This document shows positions 61,136 to 64,000 of a stretch of 64,000 nucleotides of DNA, in pieces (positions within the stretch are counted from its first letter, which is position 1; every line of letters begins with the position of its first letter). This stretch comes from Asterias rubens (taxonomy: Eukaryota). The notes beneath the pieces are model-generated. The model was given only the letters and a program-made list of their open reading frames with translations. It was not told the origin of the DNA and did no database searches. Where the stretch lies: NCBI RefSeq assembly GCF_902459465.1, contig NC_047063.1:10540001-10604000 (forward strand), written 5' to 3'. A program made the position numbers and the translations under genes.

Positions 61136-62517
61136 GGGGGGTTCAGAACCCTTGCCCCCCCCCCAAAAAAAAAGAACGGGTGGAAAACAAACGCAACTGA
61201 ATGGTTTAATAGCCCCCCCCCTCCCAAGTTATGTAATTTTCCTTGCTTGTACCCTTTCCAAATGAAAATGTCTGCTTTTATATAAGATTTGTAAGCATAC
61301 ACCCATTCTCTTTTCTGAATCATTTTGAAGGTTGTTGAGTATAGGTTAATGCTGTGCATATTTATCACTTGGCTAAAAAGGTACATATATCGCTGTACTC
61401 GATTATGATCACAAAACAAAGGGAACATGGCCATATTCCAAAAAGGGTCTGTAGTTTACATTGGTTCAAAATGTTTTATTTAAATATTCACAATAACATG
61501 GCAGTAGACGTCTGAAGACATAATGACAAAAAGGCATACGCTCACTACACAAACTCACAGTCCAGTTTAGGCTCACGAACACACACACTCACCATCCAGT
61601 TCTACTCAATTCCAATGCCAAACGTTTTCAGTCACAACTACTGCCATGCTAAAGCAACTTTATCTTATATCATTGGATTATGTCAATTCATACTGAAGTT
61701 TGTTGCTGCAAGCTTGAAAAACGCTGTTAATTATAAATCTATGTACAAGATAATGAGTTGGGCACTGTACAAAGTATCATGATGTACAAAAGTCGTACGT
61801 AAATGTTAAGTCTGACATACGATTCAATAAGTCTTACATATCAAATAAATCATATGTTCTTATTCAAACTAATCGTATGTATGAGATAATAAATTGTACG
61901 TACGAGATGATCAGTTGTACATGATACATGATTAATGGTACACAAGACATCCACCTTGTGTGTATGTACAAAGGTAATAACTCATATATGTATGAGAAGA
62001 TACTCATACCTACGAGTTATAATTTTTAGTGCAAAATGGTTAGACTGCAAAAAGCAGCTAACTAAAGAGTCATACGTCTGCAACAGTGAGTAGACGTATG
62101 AAACAACCAACCATCTTGTACTGTGATTTAAGAGAAACTTAAGTTTTTCAAGTTTGCAGCAATGAGTATTTTGTGAGAATTTACTCAACTTGTTGTCTAA
62201 ATACAGTCCCAAAGGAATGGCCACATTCACCTTTTGATATAGTATCTTTGGATTATAGCATAACTACCATTAGATTACCTTTTCTTAGATGTTCTTATGT
62301 AAAAACCCTTTTTGGTTAAAGAAGATGTTGATATTGACTACAGGTCTTTGATCTATATAATAAAAAATAAAAAAATTAAAAAAAACCTGTGAGGGAGCGA
62401 TGAGTTTTAGGAGAAGTTTACCCCCACCCCCACCACTGGACAAATGGCATTTGACTCAATTGGCATTAGTTCTCTTAAGCTAATACTTAGATCAAAGTAT
62501 GATTGTCCTATGATAGT

Positions 62518-62866
62518 TTAAAGGCACTGGACATGTTCGGTAAATGTCAAAGACCAATATTCACACATCCCAACATAATTTTATGCATAAAATGATATAT
62601 CTGTGAAAATTTTGGTTCATTTGGTCATCGAAGTTACAAGAAAATAATGAAAGAAATAACACCCTTGTTGCACAAAATTTGTGCTTTCAGATGCCTGAGA
62701 AAGGAATAAGCCTTTTACAGACTCAAATATTTGAGTGAGTTATTACCTCTTTCTGAAAAACTAGTTCAGAGAGTCTCACAATATTTTATACTATCAACAG
62801 CTCTCTGTTGCTCGTTACCAAATAAGTTTTATGCTAATATGTTTTGAAAAATTACCAAACGTGTCC
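62518..62866 (+). mobile_element. Degenerate family A-related MITE
   Basis: TTAAAGGCACTGGACATG ... TTACCAAACGTGTCCAG. Confidence 0.7.
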
Positions 62867-64000
62867 AGAAACTTGGATTGGGCAATTTTGCCTATTAAAA
62901 GCACTTGAAACATTTGTTATGTTAAAATGGTTGGAAAGATGTTTTTCAAAAGTATAACAATGATTCACACAATATGCCTATGTGGTTTCCCTTTTACTAC
63001 GTGAACTAACACCATCCGCCATTTTGTGGAGTCAAAAACTTTGTTCTACAAAATGGCGGACTGTGTTAGTTCACAAAGTAAAACCACACAATTGCAGCAA
63101 AGTGTATTGCGTGGATCATCTTGATTTGTAAAACCAAAATAGCTCAATCCAAGGTAACGTGTCCCTTTAATTTTTCCCCAGGGGTCTTTTCTGCCTTTCT
63201 TAAAGCAGTTTCTGAAGGTTAAACAAAACAATGAACAAAACAAAATTGGGGTGAGGAAATCAAGCAAAATGAGTCCCTTTCGACCAAAGTAATTTTTAGT
63301 TTTTTTATACATTAGAAGAGGGCATAATCCATGTTTTAATACTGTTAAAACCTTGTGTCGATACCATATTTAGTTCAAAAGTTGTGAAAGTAGAAAAACC
63401 AAGTTATGCAAAAGAACGTAGCGCATTGTTTTTTCAATGCTAATTTTAATTCCGAGTTGATGTTTTTTTAACAGGAAGCTATGTTGTCCAAAATAAAACA
63501 AGAGATATTTGGCCTTTAAAATATATACAAACATATTTTTGAAAATATATTGACCTGTTTTGGTTTGTTTCTCCATACTGATAGTTTCGACCCATTTACA
63601 GCATCACTATTATCTTTAGTTTTACCTTTATAGATCAAAGTTGCACATTAAGTAGATCCCTCATGGTAATGCATGTAACACAAGTATGAAGACGCATCAA
63701 CATCAGGTTCCCAGAGCGCCACCTCCTTGGAAAAATTAGATCATCCCAGCTGCAGGTCAGCATGTATCAAACTGCTGTGAAATAATGAGTTACTGTTAAC
63801 AGGATTTTTTTTACATAAAAGGGGCTTTCAACAGTATAATGGCAAACGAAATAAGGAAACACTCATGTGTATTAATAAAAGAGTTCTAAAAACGGCTGTT
63901 TATCATCGCCAGGGTTGGGCTGTGTAATAAAGTCCCAAGGTACAGGCCTTTATCCCAGAGCCACAACCCTACAAGGTTTTTAACAGTCGTTTAAGAACGA

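Overview
AT-rich, intron-containing animal DNA, most likely from an echinoderm (sea star). That assignment is inferred from the homeobox type, the lectin architecture and the MITE families, not from a database search. No rRNA, true tRNA, CRISPR array or operon was found. Three protein-coding genes are supported by ORFs plus canonical GT-AG junctions with matching phases. (1) A 3-exon minus-strand ankyrin-repeat/coiled-coil gene, CDS 8741-954, 371 aa. (2) A 3-exon minus-strand Q50 PRD-class homeobox gene resembling the Pmar1/Phb family, CDS 17236-14900, 277 aa, with an eh1-like N-terminal motif, TATA/Inr/CCAAT, two promoter TCF-type sites and three intronic Otx-type sites. (3) A plus-strand C-type lectin + PAN/apple gene with an uninterrupted CDS at 33186-33929, 247 aa, whose tandem duplicate is an internally deleted pseudogene. 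The most notable unexplained structure is an inverted, near-identical copy of the homeobox gene's 3' end about 3 kb downstream. The right half (37-60 kb) is a rearrangement hotspot: opposed 47-bp satellite arrays with an emerging higher-order repeat, an inverted paralogous block, a ~2-kb macro-repeat whose copies keep splice-site-bounded cassettes (possible lncRNA from a promoter near 57.7 kb), a perfect 63-bp palindrome, a near-identical 1.6-kb tandem duplication and nested MITEs. All alignments were done by eye.
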